This document shows positions 19,628 through 28,948 of a stretch of 64,000 nt of DNA, one piece after another. The DNA is from Acidobacteriota bacterium (GTDB lineage Bacteria > Acidobacteriota > Vicinamibacteria > Vicinamibacterales > CAVVIG01), in the NCBI GenBank assembly GCA_025463215.1, contig JAOBWF010000296.1, forward strand, positions 14,098 to 78,097, in the 5' to 3' direction. Under the pieces are notes generated by a model. That model worked only from the letters and a program-made list of their open reading frames with translations, searched no databases and was not told where the DNA came from. Every line of letters begins with the position of its first letter. The first letter of the stretch is position 1. A program made the translations under genes and the position numbers.

Positions 19628-20851
19628 ATGGATGAGCGCCACTCCGAAGCCCGACGCGAATTTCTGAAGTTCCTTGTTGCGAGCCCCTACGTTGCAGCCC
19701 TGGGAGGAGCGGCGGTTTTCCTGCAGCAACACGGCATGGCGCAATCCGCCCAGGAATCAACTGGGGTGCTTGCAACACCGGCTGATGCCTTGAGCGTCCT
19801 CGACTTCGAGGAGACCGCTCGCAAAAAAGTGAATCCAGGCCATTGGGCCTACATGGCAAGCGGAGTGGACGACGACGCAACACTCCGGGCGAACCGAGAA
19901 GTTTTCAAGCACATCCAGTTGCGCCCGCGTCGATTGCACGATCCGCGAAAAGTCGATACGACAATCAATCTCTTCGGCACGTCCTACGCGAGCCCGATCT
20001 ATCTCTGTCCAACGGGCGGAGAAAAATCGTTCAACCGAGATGGCGAGCTGGCGGTCGCTCGAGCCGCGAGGGCGCGCAATACGCTCCAGATTTTATCGAC
20101 TGCGTCGTCGACCGGTGTCGAAGAGGTGAACCGGGAACTGGGCCGGCCGGCGTGGTACCAGGTTTATGCGCCGAACTCGTGGGAAGCTAACGCAGCCTTG
20201 CTGAAGCGCGTAGAAGCCGCTGGGTGTCCGGTGATCGCGCTCACGGTCGACAACATCACCGGTCGCAACAGCGAGTTCTATCTTCGCACCCGCCCGAAGG
20301 ACCTTTCGCAGTGCACGACGTGCCATCCAAGCGGCCCGGGCAGCGGCCCGCGGCCGATGACGGAGAACCTGCCTCGCGGGGGAGAAAGGGTCGCCGTCGA
20401 TTGGGCGCTGGTCGACAATATCCGCAAGACGTGGAAAGGAAAATTCTTCGTCAAGGGCATCGATACGCGTGAGGACGCACGGCTCTGCGTCGAACATGGC
20501 CTCGACGGCATCATGGTCTCGAACCACGGCGGACGTGCGACGGAGACGATCCGCTCCACGGTCGAGGCACTGCCCGAAGTCGTCGCTGAAGTTCGCGGCC
20601 GAATTCCGGTGTACGTCGACGGCGGTTTTCGCCGCGGCACAGACATCTTCAAGGCTTTGGCGTTGGGAGCCACCGCCGTCGGCATCGGCCGTCCCTTCCT
20701 GTGGGGACTCGGAGCGTTCGGTCAAGCGGGCGTAGACCGTGTGCTGGAAATCCTACAGGGCGAACTGAAACTCGTCATGGGCAATTGCGGTACGCAGACC
20801 CTCCGGGAGATCACGCCGGCCCATGTCGCTACACCGGATTGGAAAACGTAG
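19628..20851 (+). CDS. FMN-dependent alpha-hydroxy-acid dehydrogenase/oxidase with Tat signal and CxxCH insert
   Basis: LRPRRL, VSNHGGR, DGGFRRGTDIFKALALGA, GRPFLWGL; ARREFLK Tat motif; CTTCH at 20312-20326. Confidence 0.92.
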   Translation: MDERHSEARREFLKFLVASPYVAALGGAAVFLQQHGMAQSAQESTGVLATPADALSVLDFEETARKKVNPGHWAYMASGVDDDATLRANREVFKHIQLRPRRLHDPRKVDTTINLFGTSYASPIYLCPTGGEKSFNRDGELAVARAARARNTLQILSTASSTGVEEVNRELGRPAWYQVYAPNSWEANAALLKRVEAAGCPVIALTVDNITGRNSEFYLRTRPKDLSQCTTCHPSGPGSGPRPMTENLPRGGERVAVDWALVDNIRKTWKGKFFVKGIDTREDARLCVEHGLDGIMVSNHGGRATETIRSTVEALPEVVAEVRGRIPVYVDGGFRRGTDIFKALALGATAVGIGRPFLWGLGAFGQAGVDRVLEILQGELKLVMGNCGTQTLREITPAHVATPDWKT

Positions 20852-20984
20852 CCGTGTTCGTGCGCCGGATTTAGGCGATCCTGACGTCGCGGGGCCGACG
20901 CAGCCGTGCTGGTCAAGCCTGACGTCCGACCGGGCACCAGGAAGGAGCTTGAACTGGTGCTGAGGGTCTCCCGCTTGATCAAGG

Positions 20985-21968
20985 TCAGCGCGCTTCATAG
21001 ACGCGGACTGCAGGTTTCTGGCTGCCGCGGTGCGGAACCGCGATGTAAAGGCGTGATTGCTCCGGGACGAAGAGCGACGTGCGGGCTCCCGGCGCGGTCG
21101 CGACGTGCGCGATTCGAGCGAAGCGGCTCGCATCCCCTTCCTGAAATACGTCGACGTATCCCTCACCACCGCTCACGTACAGACGCTTGCGGACCGCGTC
21201 GTAAAAGAGGTCGTCGGTATCGCCGACGATGTCGAACGAACCCGATTCTTTGCCGGTGGCTGTGTCGTACATAAGGACCTTGGCTGGCCGGCGGCATCCC
21301 ACAAACAAGCGGCGGTTCGGTTCGTCCAGCGCCAGCGGGAAGTTCGATTTCGCTCCGACGACCGGCCATGTTGCGATCACCTTCATCGCGGTTCGATCAA
21401 CGACCGCAATCTGATTCGCATCTGGTACATTGACGAATACGCGAGACCCCGAGCGTTCGAGCTGAAATGATTCGGGATGGCCGGCAAGACGCGCTTCGCC
21501 GAGAACTTTGCCATCGGACGGGCTGATGGCAGCCAGGGCGCCGCCGCCAAATCCGACGAAGAGACGCTTGGCGACCGCATCGTACCGGACATTATCCGAA
21601 TCATCGCCGAGCTTGACCGCCCCCGCAGCGTGATGATCGTTCGTGTCGACAAACTGCACGCCATCACCTTGCCCATTCGCGACCGCAACCATGTTCGCCC
21701 CCACGACGACGGCAATCCCTTGCGGCTCCCGAAATCCGGCAAGGCTCTTTTCGTGAGTGCCGGTCTTCACATCGAGAACTTCGACGGTGTTGTTCCCGAG
21801 GGCTGCGACATAGAGTCGCTGCGCCGCTACGTCGAACGCCAGATGATCGATCCGGCCGTCCACATTCGGAAGCGCAATCGTCCGGACCAGTACTAAGGGC
21901 GCCTGGTCCGACGCCGCTTGAAATGAGGAGAGCACGATCATCGCCGCCGGGATCATCCAGATGCGCAT
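20985..21968 (-). CDS. YncE-like secreted beta-propeller protein
   Basis: GRIDHLAFD, RLYVAALGNNTVEVLD, repeated beta-propeller blades, GARTSLF. Confidence 0.85.
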   Translation of the reverse strand: MRIWMIPAAMIVLSSFQAASDQAPLVLVRTIALPNVDGRIDHLAFDVAAQRLYVAALGNNTVEVLDVKTGTHEKSLAGFREPQGIAVVVGANMVAVANGQGDGVQFVDTNDHHAAGAVKLGDDSDNVRYDAVAKRLFVGFGGGALAAISPSDGKVLGEARLAGHPESFQLERSGSRVFVNVPDANQIAVVDRTAMKVIATWPVVGAKSNFPLALDEPNRRLFVGCRRPAKVLMYDTATGKESGSFDIVGDTDDLFYDAVRKRLYVSGGEGYVDVFQEGDASRFARIAHVATAPGARTSLFVPEQSRLYIAVPHRGSQKPAVRVYEAR

Positions 21969-21983
21969 TCGCTCCGCACAGGG

Positions 21984-23231
21984 TCACTGACCGACGCGCC
22001 ACGGCGAGAACTCGGGCCACTTCTTCAGGGCATCGGTTGCCCACGAATTGGTCTTGTCTTTGTGGCAGCCGATGCAAGGATTCGGCACCTTGAGTGTTTC
22101 GGTGACGGATGGGCTGATGAACTTGAACGTATGGCTGCGCACCATCACGTCGCCGATGGTCTGCTCGATCGCGGGCATGTGGCAGCTGATGCACTCGCTG
22201 CCGGCGGAACCAGCTTGGTGATGCGTGTGGTCCTCGATCGTTCCCGTGTGGGGACCGTTCGGCGATTTCGGCCCGTGGCACGTCAGACACAGCAGCCTGG
22301 ACGACTTGATCAAGTCGGCATTGTTCTGCGTGCCGTGCACGTCGTGGCAACTCGCACAGGTGATCCCGCGCGTGTACATGACGCTCGGCACAAAATCATT
22401 GCCCTGCATACGGTTTTTGTGAGCCGTCCCGTCAGCAAAGTGCGTGAACGTCGTCTCGCCGAGTTTGTGCTCCTCAAGCTCCCAGAAGTCCTTCAGGTTC
22501 AAGCCGACTCGAAATCCGACCGGCCAGTCGTACTGCCGGCCCTCGACCGGATTCACGAGAGGCCGGCCCTGCGAGTGACACTGGATGCAGACGTTGACGG
22601 CGCTCACGGGATCGAGACGCGTCGGGTTGACGATGGTGGCGCGCGAGGGTGTGGCGACATGTTCGCTGCCAGGCCCATGACACTTCTCGCAGCCGACGTT
22701 CCATTCGGTGACGGCCTTCGTCTTGACGTCGTAGTTCACCGAATGACAACCGTCGCAGGTTGGTCCGGTCGGCCGTTTACTGTTCTCCGGCGGATAGAAC
22801 GCCGTCCACCAGTCCGTGCCCATCGCCACGTTGTAGGGGCGCCACTGGCGATGCGTCACGTCCCACTGGGCCGGAAGCGGAAAGTAGTCGTCACCGACCT
22901 TCGTGAAATACCGCTGCTTCCACTTACTGCCGTACACGAACGCGATCTGGTCTCGGCCGAACGTCAGAAGCGGATCCGGCTTGGACAGATCCGGAATGAT
23001 CGCGTCGGCATGGTCGTGCGGATCCCGCACGACATTGGCCATCCGGGTTTGCTTCCACCGCTCGTAGATCGGGCGGTGGCAGCGCGCGCACGCCGCCGAG
23101 CCGACATAGGTCGCTGCTGCCGGCGCTTGCGTCGACGCCTGCTGTGCGGCGACGGCGGGCAGACCGACACCGAGCCACAGCCCGCCGAACAATGCTGACC
23201 ACACCATCAGGCCGGCGCGAAACCAGGTCAT
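21984..23231 (-). CDS. octaheme cytochrome c (c554/c552-like), copy 1
   Basis: Signal peptide; 8 CxxCH: CARCH, CDGCH, CEKCH, CIQCH, CASCH, CLTCH, CISCH, CIGCH. Confidence 0.92.
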   Translation of the reverse strand: MTWFRAGLMVWSALFGGLWLGVGLPAVAAQQASTQAPAAATYVGSAACARCHRPIYERWKQTRMANVVRDPHDHADAIIPDLSKPDPLLTFGRDQIAFVYGSKWKQRYFTKVGDDYFPLPAQWDVTHRQWRPYNVAMGTDWWTAFYPPENSKRPTGPTCDGCHSVNYDVKTKAVTEWNVGCEKCHGPGSEHVATPSRATIVNPTRLDPVSAVNVCIQCHSQGRPLVNPVEGRQYDWPVGFRVGLNLKDFWELEEHKLGETTFTHFADGTAHKNRMQGNDFVPSVMYTRGITCASCHDVHGTQNNADLIKSSRLLCLTCHGPKSPNGPHTGTIEDHTHHQAGSAGSECISCHMPAIEQTIGDVMVRSHTFKFISPSVTETLKVPNPCIGCHKDKTNSWATDALKKWPEFSPWRVGQ

Positions 23232-24139
23232 CGGCTCGCTGTCGCCTTCCCTTTGCCGAGCTCATCGAGCGCGGCCTTGAAGCCGGCCGCGAGTTTGTCC
23301 GCAGGTCCGGTCCCCCAGTAGTGGAGGAAGTAAATCGTCGGACTGGTTCCGGTCATATGGTGGTGAATCGCCACGACGTCGAGGCCATTCTTCCGAAGGG
23401 CCTTCAGCACGGGCGTGACCTCGGCCTGCGTCATGGCGACATCCCCCGCGATCGCGGCATTCTCATTCGTGCCGACGAAGGCCGCCCACGTGTTGAGGCC
23501 CATCCGAGCATTGATCAGTGCCCCCATCTCGGTCAGCTTCAGATCGTCGCGACCGACGGTGATCTTGTAAACCGCGCCGTTGGTCTCTCCCTGGTGGCCG
23601 GCGATTTGGGCCATCTTCGCAGTGTCGATCGACGGCGTCTGAGCCGGCGTGCCAGCAGCAGGCGGGGCCGCAGGACGACCGCCCTTCCCGATTAGATCGA
23701 GCGCCGGCTTGATCTTGCGCGCCAGTTCGGCCGGGCTGCCGTGACCATGGACATGCATGTAGAACATCCGCGGCTCGTCCCAGAAGAAATGGTTGTGGAG
23801 TGCGGTCGCTTCAAGGCCGTTGTCGAGGAGCGCAGACATCACTGGGTTGACCTCTTCTTGCGTGAGCACGAGGTCGCCCATCATCACGTCCATCCCACCG
23901 GTGCCCTTGGTCATCGCCACCCAGCCGCCGAAACCAAACGGCGTCGGCGTCTTGACGTTCGCGACAGTAATCGAGAGATCGCTCCGAGGGATATTCACCT
24001 TCAGCACGTTGTCCTTGAAATCCCCGGTCTTTCCCAACGTATCCAACACCTGTTTGTACGGCGCCGGCATCTCCTGCGCCTGCGCAAGAGACGCCAGTGA
24101 GATCAACAACACAACCGTACACCAGACAAAGCGCTTCAT
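23228..24139 (-). CDS. DUF1259 (LppY/LpqO) tandem-domain protein
   Basis: Two repeats: MGDLVL..EVNPV..TALHNHF..MHV and GDVAM..EVTPV..AIHHHM..LHYWG. Confidence 0.88.
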   Translation of the reverse strand: MKRFVWCTVVLLISLASLAQAQEMPAPYKQVLDTLGKTGDFKDNVLKVNIPRSDLSITVANVKTPTPFGFGGWVAMTKGTGGMDVMMGDLVLTQEEVNPVMSALLDNGLEATALHNHFFWDEPRMFYMHVHGHGSPAELARKIKPALDLIGKGGRPAAPPAAGTPAQTPSIDTAKMAQIAGHQGETNGAVYKITVGRDDLKLTEMGALINARMGLNTWAAFVGTNENAAIAGDVAMTQAEVTPVLKALRKNGLDVVAIHHHMTGTSPTIYFLHYWGTGPADKLAAGFKAALDELGKGKATASR

Positions 24140-24148
24140 GGATCCTCC

Positions 24149-24628
24149 CTATCGTTTCTGCAGTTGATCGAGCAGCCGCTCGACATGTTTCTTGATGGCA
24201 TCGCGCTGGGCCGCGTACCCCTGATCCTCCGGTACGTCGTCCCAACTCTCCGCCTTGCCGCTCGATGCCGCGTGCGACGGCAGGCTGCAGCCGATGGCAA
24301 AGATGTGCGTTGCCTTCGTGACATCGCCCGTCGTGATCGGGGACGGCTTGGCACTGGGCACGGCAAGGCCGTCCTCGCGTAGGCCCTTCAAGGCGGAGAC
24401 CGACAGTTCCGCTTGCGGGTTGGCGCCCCGATAGGTGGCGCGGTCCGGCAAGCCGCGCTCTGCCGCGAGCTTGTTGAAATAGGCGGTCGCGATGACGCTC
24501 TTCGCCGCGCCGTGCTCGCATACGAACACAACTCTCTCGTCCCCAGTGTCTTGCGCCGCCCCGGCACGCGCGAGAGCGATGACCATCAGCGTCAGTGATA
24601 AACCCGCACGAACGCGACGCTTCATCAT
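24149..24628 (-). CDS. secreted ArsC/low-molecular-weight PTP-like protein
   Basis: VVFVCEHGAAKS P-loop-like motif (CX5K instead of CX5R), WDDVP; signal peptide. Confidence 0.75.
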   Translation of the reverse strand: MMKRRVRAGLSLTLMVIALARAGAAQDTGDERVVFVCEHGAAKSVIATAYFNKLAAERGLPDRATYRGANPQAELSVSALKGLREDGLAVPSAKPSPITTGDVTKATHIFAIGCSLPSHAASSGKAESWDDVPEDQGYAAQRDAIKKHVERLLDQLQKR

Positions 24629-26016
24629 GCTTGTCCTCTTGGTAACGAGATTCGAAACACCGATCCACTCGTCGCACCAGCATCAACGCGAATGGACCCG
24701 CCGTTGATCTCGACCGCCCACTTCGCAATCGCCAACCCGAGCCCTGTTCCACCGGCATCCCTCGAGCGGGCGGTATCCACCCTGAAGAAGCGATCAAAGA
24801 TTCGCTCCCGGTGCTCGGCCGCTACGCCCGGACCTTGATCAGTCACCTCGACCACCGCTTGATTACCATCGGCGAGGATTGACACGGCGATCGACGCTCC
24901 CATCGGGCTGTATTTGATCGCGTTGTCGATCACGTTCGTAATCGCCTCACGAAGCACGAGCCGATCGGCGCGAACCGACAGACCCTCTGCTCCCTCAATC
25001 GAGATCCGCTGCCCGCGTTCCTCGGCGAGCACGCCCAGCGAGGCGGCGACGTCTCGCGCCAGTTGTCCAAGATCGAGCGGCTCGCGCGAGAGATGCACGC
25101 TGCCGGCATCGCCATGCGAAAGCCGCAGCAATGTGTCGACCAACGTCGTGAGACGGTCGATCTCCTCGAGCATGCTGCCAATGGCTTCCTTGTACTCGGC
25201 AGGCGTGCGGGTTTCGACCAAGCCGGCTTCGCCAATCCCGCGGATCACCGCGAGCGGGGTCCGCAGTTCGTGCGACGCGTCGGCCGTAAAACGACGCAGC
25301 TTGTCGAACGAGGACTCGAGACGCGCGAAGGTGTCGTTGATTACGGCCGCCAGGCGTCCGATCTCGTCGTGCTGATTCGGAACCGAGACGCGTTCGTGGA
25401 GGCGCTCGGCGGTCACCCGCCGCGCTTCGATCGCGAGGTGATCGATCGGCGCCAGCGCTCGCCGCGCGAGGACATAGCCGCCAAGCCCCGCCAAGACGAT
25501 GACGAGCGGCAGCCCCAGTGCGAGCACTTTGAGCACTTCCGACAGTTGCTCGCGCAGCCGTTCTTCCGAACGCGACACTCTCAACACGACGGAGCGACCG
25601 CCGACCAGCGTCGTTCCGGTCAACGTCCGCCAGCGCCGCCCGGCAGCGACAATCGAGTCATAGTGCGCCTGCGCTCCGGCGGTCGCGAGCGCGACGGGAG
25701 GCAATGCCCCCGATGCACCCGAGCGGCCAATCTGATCGCCGCTCGACGACCACACATCGCTGCCGCGATCCTCGTCATTATCCGGATCGTGGTGACGATC
25801 GCCGGTCCAGACAATGCGACCGTCCGGCGTCGGCGCAAGCAGGCCCTCCGCCGATTCGAAGTCATCGTGCAGCTGCTCGTCCACGCTCTCCTGGAATTCC
25901 TGGCGAACGGCAATGAACGTCGCGGCGGCGTACACGACCAGCATCAAGGTTAGCACCACGGCGTACCAGGCGGTCATCCGTACCCGAATCGACGCGGCGG
26001 ACCACGGCACCTTCAC
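24625..26016 (-). CDS. heavy-metal-type (CusS-like) sensor histidine kinase
   Basis: 2 TM + HAMP, FTADASHELRTPL, NAIKYS, IFDRFFRVD, GLGLAI; GTG start overlapping the regulator stop. Confidence 0.93.
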   Translation of the reverse strand: MKVPWSAASIRVRMTAWYAVVLTLMLVVYAAATFIAVRQEFQESVDEQLHDDFESAEGLLAPTPDGRIVWTGDRHHDPDNDEDRGSDVWSSSGDQIGRSGASGALPPVALATAGAQAHYDSIVAAGRRWRTLTGTTLVGGRSVVLRVSRSEERLREQLSEVLKVLALGLPLVIVLAGLGGYVLARRALAPIDHLAIEARRVTAERLHERVSVPNQHDEIGRLAAVINDTFARLESSFDKLRRFTADASHELRTPLAVIRGIGEAGLVETRTPAEYKEAIGSMLEEIDRLTTLVDTLLRLSHGDAGSVHLSREPLDLGQLARDVAASLGVLAEERGQRISIEGAEGLSVRADRLVLREAITNVIDNAIKYSPMGASIAVSILADGNQAVVEVTDQGPGVAAEHRERIFDRFFRVDTARSRDAGGTGLGLAIAKWAVEINGGSIRVDAGATSGSVFRISLPRGQA

Positions 26017-26705
26017 GGCTCGCCTTCTCGCAGAACGAAGCCGACGCCGCGCACGGTGTGAATAAGCCGATCGGTCGCATCGGAATCGACCTTCTTCCGC
26101 AGCCGAGCCATTTGCACGTCGATGACGTTGTCGAGCGGAGTCGCGCGACGCGGTTCCTTCCACACCTCGCGCGCCAGCATTTCCCTGGACACCAGGTGGC
26201 CCTGGTGACGAAGCAGGTACTCGAGCAGTTCAAACTCTCGGGCCGTGAGTTCAAGCAACCGGTCGCCCCGAATTGCGCGTCTGGCGACGAGGTCCATCTC
26301 GAGGTCTGCCGCCTTCAACCGAAAGGCTTCAGACGGGCGCCCACGGCGCAGAAGCGCTCGAACCCGCGCCAGCAGTTCCGGCAGGGCAAACGGCTTGACC
26401 AGATAGTCGTCGGCGCCGAGGTCGAGGCCCAGCACACGGTCCTCCACGCCGTCGCGAGCCGTCAGGATCAAGACCGGCGTATCGATGTGCCGCTGCCTCA
26501 GAGTTCGCAGAATTTCAAGGCCGCTTCGGCCCGGCAGCATCACGTCGAGCAGGACCAGGTCGAATGCCTCGGCATTCGCACGGAAAAACCCGTCCTCGCC
26601 CGTTGAGGCGACGACCACGTCGTAATGCTCGCCCTTCAGAGCTGACGCCACGGCCTGGGCCAGTTTTCGCTCGTCCTCGACGATCAGTACCCGCACTCGT
26701 CGCAT
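26013..26705 (-). CDS. OmpR-family (CusR-like) response regulator
   Basis: LIVEDE, LDVMLPG, GADDYLVKPF, NVIDV..RLRKKVD..LIHTVRGVG. Confidence 0.95.
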   Translation of the reverse strand: MRRVRVLIVEDERKLAQAVASALKGEHYDVVVASTGEDGFFRANAEAFDLVLLDVMLPGRSGLEILRTLRQRHIDTPVLILTARDGVEDRVLGLDLGADDYLVKPFALPELLARVRALLRRGRPSEAFRLKAADLEMDLVARRAIRGDRLLELTAREFELLEYLLRHQGHLVSREMLAREVWKEPRRATPLDNVIDVQMARLRKKVDSDATDRLIHTVRGVGFVLREGEP

Positions 26706-26731
26706 CTTACCGGCCACCCACAAGCGGGAAC

Positions 26732-26747
26732 CTGACTTTTGTGTCAG
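26732..26747. promoter_or_regulatory. CTGAC-N6-GTCAG inverted repeat (CusR/CopR-box-like) upstream of the regulator gene
   Basis: CTGACTTTTGTGTCAG; same motif at 30137. Confidence 0.6.
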
Positions 26748-26752
26748 ATTGG

Positions 26753-28948
26753 TCAGAAGCGAGTGGTGTACTGGAGCTTCGCCGAGGCTCGATCGAAAAC
26801 AGGCTCGAAGCGCCCCTCGTCGAGCGTTCGATGCCAGCCGCGATTAATCGTTAGGAAGAGATCATTGCCGGGCTGGAGGATCCAGCGAAACCGGCTCTGC
26901 AAGCCAAGAACCCTCGACTCATTGTCGTACTGCGCAAGATTCGCCCACGACAGGTTGGGAGTGACGTTATAGTCGGCTTTCACGGTCAGAAGGTCGGTCT
27001 GGAACGCGCCCTCAGGGAGCATGGCTACATCTCGCTCGCCCTGGACGGACAGTGCCACATGGCGGCTCGGCTTCAACGTGGCTCCAAACTCGACCTGCCC
27101 TAACGTTCCTTCGTAGAAACCGCCCCACCACACGGCCGCGTCGATCACCCACCACCTCTTGGTCGCGGTGTTCACTTCAGTCCGGTATCTCGTCCACCGG
27201 TACGACCCGGACGGAATCACGACGCCCGGCGAAATCTCGAACGGCAGATCGAGGTGTTCGAAGGTGGGGACGTAGTCCCATTCCAGGTGCTCGCCGGACT
27301 CCGTCCGCAGATTGACGGGCGCGGTGAACACGCTCCAGCTTTCCAGACGATTCTGCACATTCGTGACCACAACGGGATTCACTTCAAAGAAGAACTGCCT
27401 GACGCCCCAGCGCTCGGGTCTGGGCTGAAATGCGAGGGAGACATCGGTCTTCCGGATGCCAGTGCGCGGGACGAAGCCGAGTGCGGGTTGGAACCGCTCC
27501 CCGATCTGTCGCCAGTTCAGCGCGACGTCCCATCGATCGTTCGGATAGTCGATCCGAAATCCGCCGGCGCCATCGCGCGCCCCCGTAGCGCCGTCGTCGG
27601 TGCCAAGCAGGAACAGATCGAGCGACAGGTTCTTGTTGCCGTGAAAGGTCGATGTCGCAAACCGCGCGTCGCCGCCGATCAACGTGTTGGTACCGGAACC
27701 GCTCGGATCGCCGTGCGTCAGGATGCCACCCACCCATGATTGCTGAAACAGATTGCGGCTAACGCGCGCGACGAGAAGATTCTGCCGATCAATGGATCCA
27801 CCCGGCAGTGCGGCATCGCCGACTGCCCCCGTCTCCACCTCGAGGACGCCGATGTTGTAGTCGGACTGCCGGCCGGTCAGCTTGACGCCGAGACGCACGG
27901 GTACCGCCACATCGTCCAGCAGTCCGATGCGCCGGCTGAAGAACGGGCGGAGATCGGTCGTATTGATTAACCCGGCGACGTCAAAGACACCGGCACCTTC
28001 GAGGAAGAAGCTTCGCTTCTCTGGAAAGAACAGCGGAAACCGCGTGAGATTCACCTGGCGAAGATCGGCTTCGGTCTCCGCAAAGTCCGTGTTCACGGTG
28101 ACGGCGGCGTTCACACTCGGTGTCAGGCTTTTGAACAGATCAACACCGGCAGCCGCGTCACCGGCGCCGCTGCTCCTCCCGGCCGAACCGTATGGCCGGA
28201 CGTCGAGGCCCAGGCCCTGCCCCACACCGTCAAGGCCGTCGAGTTGTCCTACTTCCGCGAGGTTGCTGATCCAGACGTTCTGCCGCGCAGCGGTCCACCG
28301 ATCGATCTCCTGCCGGCGTTTGATCTGCCGCTCGACGTTGAAGCCCCAGACTGGCTGACCCGGCTTGAACCGGAGCGTCTTGAACGGAATCTCAATCTCC
28401 GCGACCCACCCGTCGGTCGTGATGCGGGCGGCGGCGTTCCAGATCCCATCCCAGTCGCGGCTGAGACTCTCGGCGTTGTTCGACACCTGCCCGTCCGCGC
28501 GAGCGCCTGCCGCATTCACTTGAAAGAAGAACCCGTTTCGATGGTCGAAGAAAGGATCAAGGACGATGGTCAGACGATCGTCGACCTCGAGGTCCGCATC
28601 GCGGGATAGCTGGGTCGCGATGATCTCGCGCGGCGATCGGTCATGGCAGACGGCGCCTATGTACAAGGCCGTCCCCGTGAGCAATACTCGGATCTCCGTC
28701 TCTTCGGAGGGTTCGCCGCCCTCGACAGGTTCTCGCTGGACGAACCGACTCAGCGGGATCGTCGATTGCCACGCCGCTTCATCGAGCCGCCCATCGATCC
28801 GAATCGTCTCAGTGGTGCGCGTCGCCGTCGTGTGCACGATGAGGACGTCGGCCGCTTGCCCCGCCGTGAGCGGCACGCTGAACCACGCGATGACCGCGAC
28901 ACACGCCGCAGCTACTGACCGACGCGCCACGGCGAGAACTCCGGCCAT
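26753..28948 (-). CDS. DUF5916 / CBM9-like domain outer-membrane beta-barrel protein
   Basis: IRIDGRLDEAAW, GWVAEIEIPFKTLRF, NTDFAETEAD..NLTRFPLFFPEKR, C-terminal YTTRF; start uncertain (overlaps cytochrome 3' end). Confidence 0.85.
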   Translation of the reverse strand: MAGVLAVARRSVAAACVAVIAWFSVPLTAGQAADVLIVHTTATRTTETIRIDGRLDEAAWQSTIPLSRFVQREPVEGGEPSEETEIRVLLTGTALYIGAVCHDRSPREIIATQLSRDADLEVDDRLTIVLDPFFDHRNGFFFQVNAAGARADGQVSNNAESLSRDWDGIWNAAARITTDGWVAEIEIPFKTLRFKPGQPVWGFNVERQIKRRQEIDRWTAARQNVWISNLAEVGQLDGLDGVGQGLGLDVRPYGSAGRSSGAGDAAAGVDLFKSLTPSVNAAVTVNTDFAETEADLRQVNLTRFPLFFPEKRSFFLEGAGVFDVAGLINTTDLRPFFSRRIGLLDDVAVPVRLGVKLTGRQSDYNIGVLEVETGAVGDAALPGGSIDRQNLLVARVSRNLFQQSWVGGILTHGDPSGSGTNTLIGGDARFATSTFHGNKNLSLDLFLLGTDDGATGARDGAGGFRIDYPNDRWDVALNWRQIGERFQPALGFVPRTGIRKTDVSLAFQPRPERWGVRQFFFEVNPVVVTNVQNRLESWSVFTAPVNLRTESGEHLEWDYVPTFEHLDLPFEISPGVVIPSGSYRWTRYRTEVNTATKRWWVIDAAVWWGGFYEGTLGQVEFGATLKPSRHVALSVQGERDVAMLPEGAFQTDLLTVKADYNVTPNLSWANLAQYDNESRVLGLQSRFRWILQPGNDLFLTINRGWHRTLDEGRFEPVFDRASAKLQYTTRF

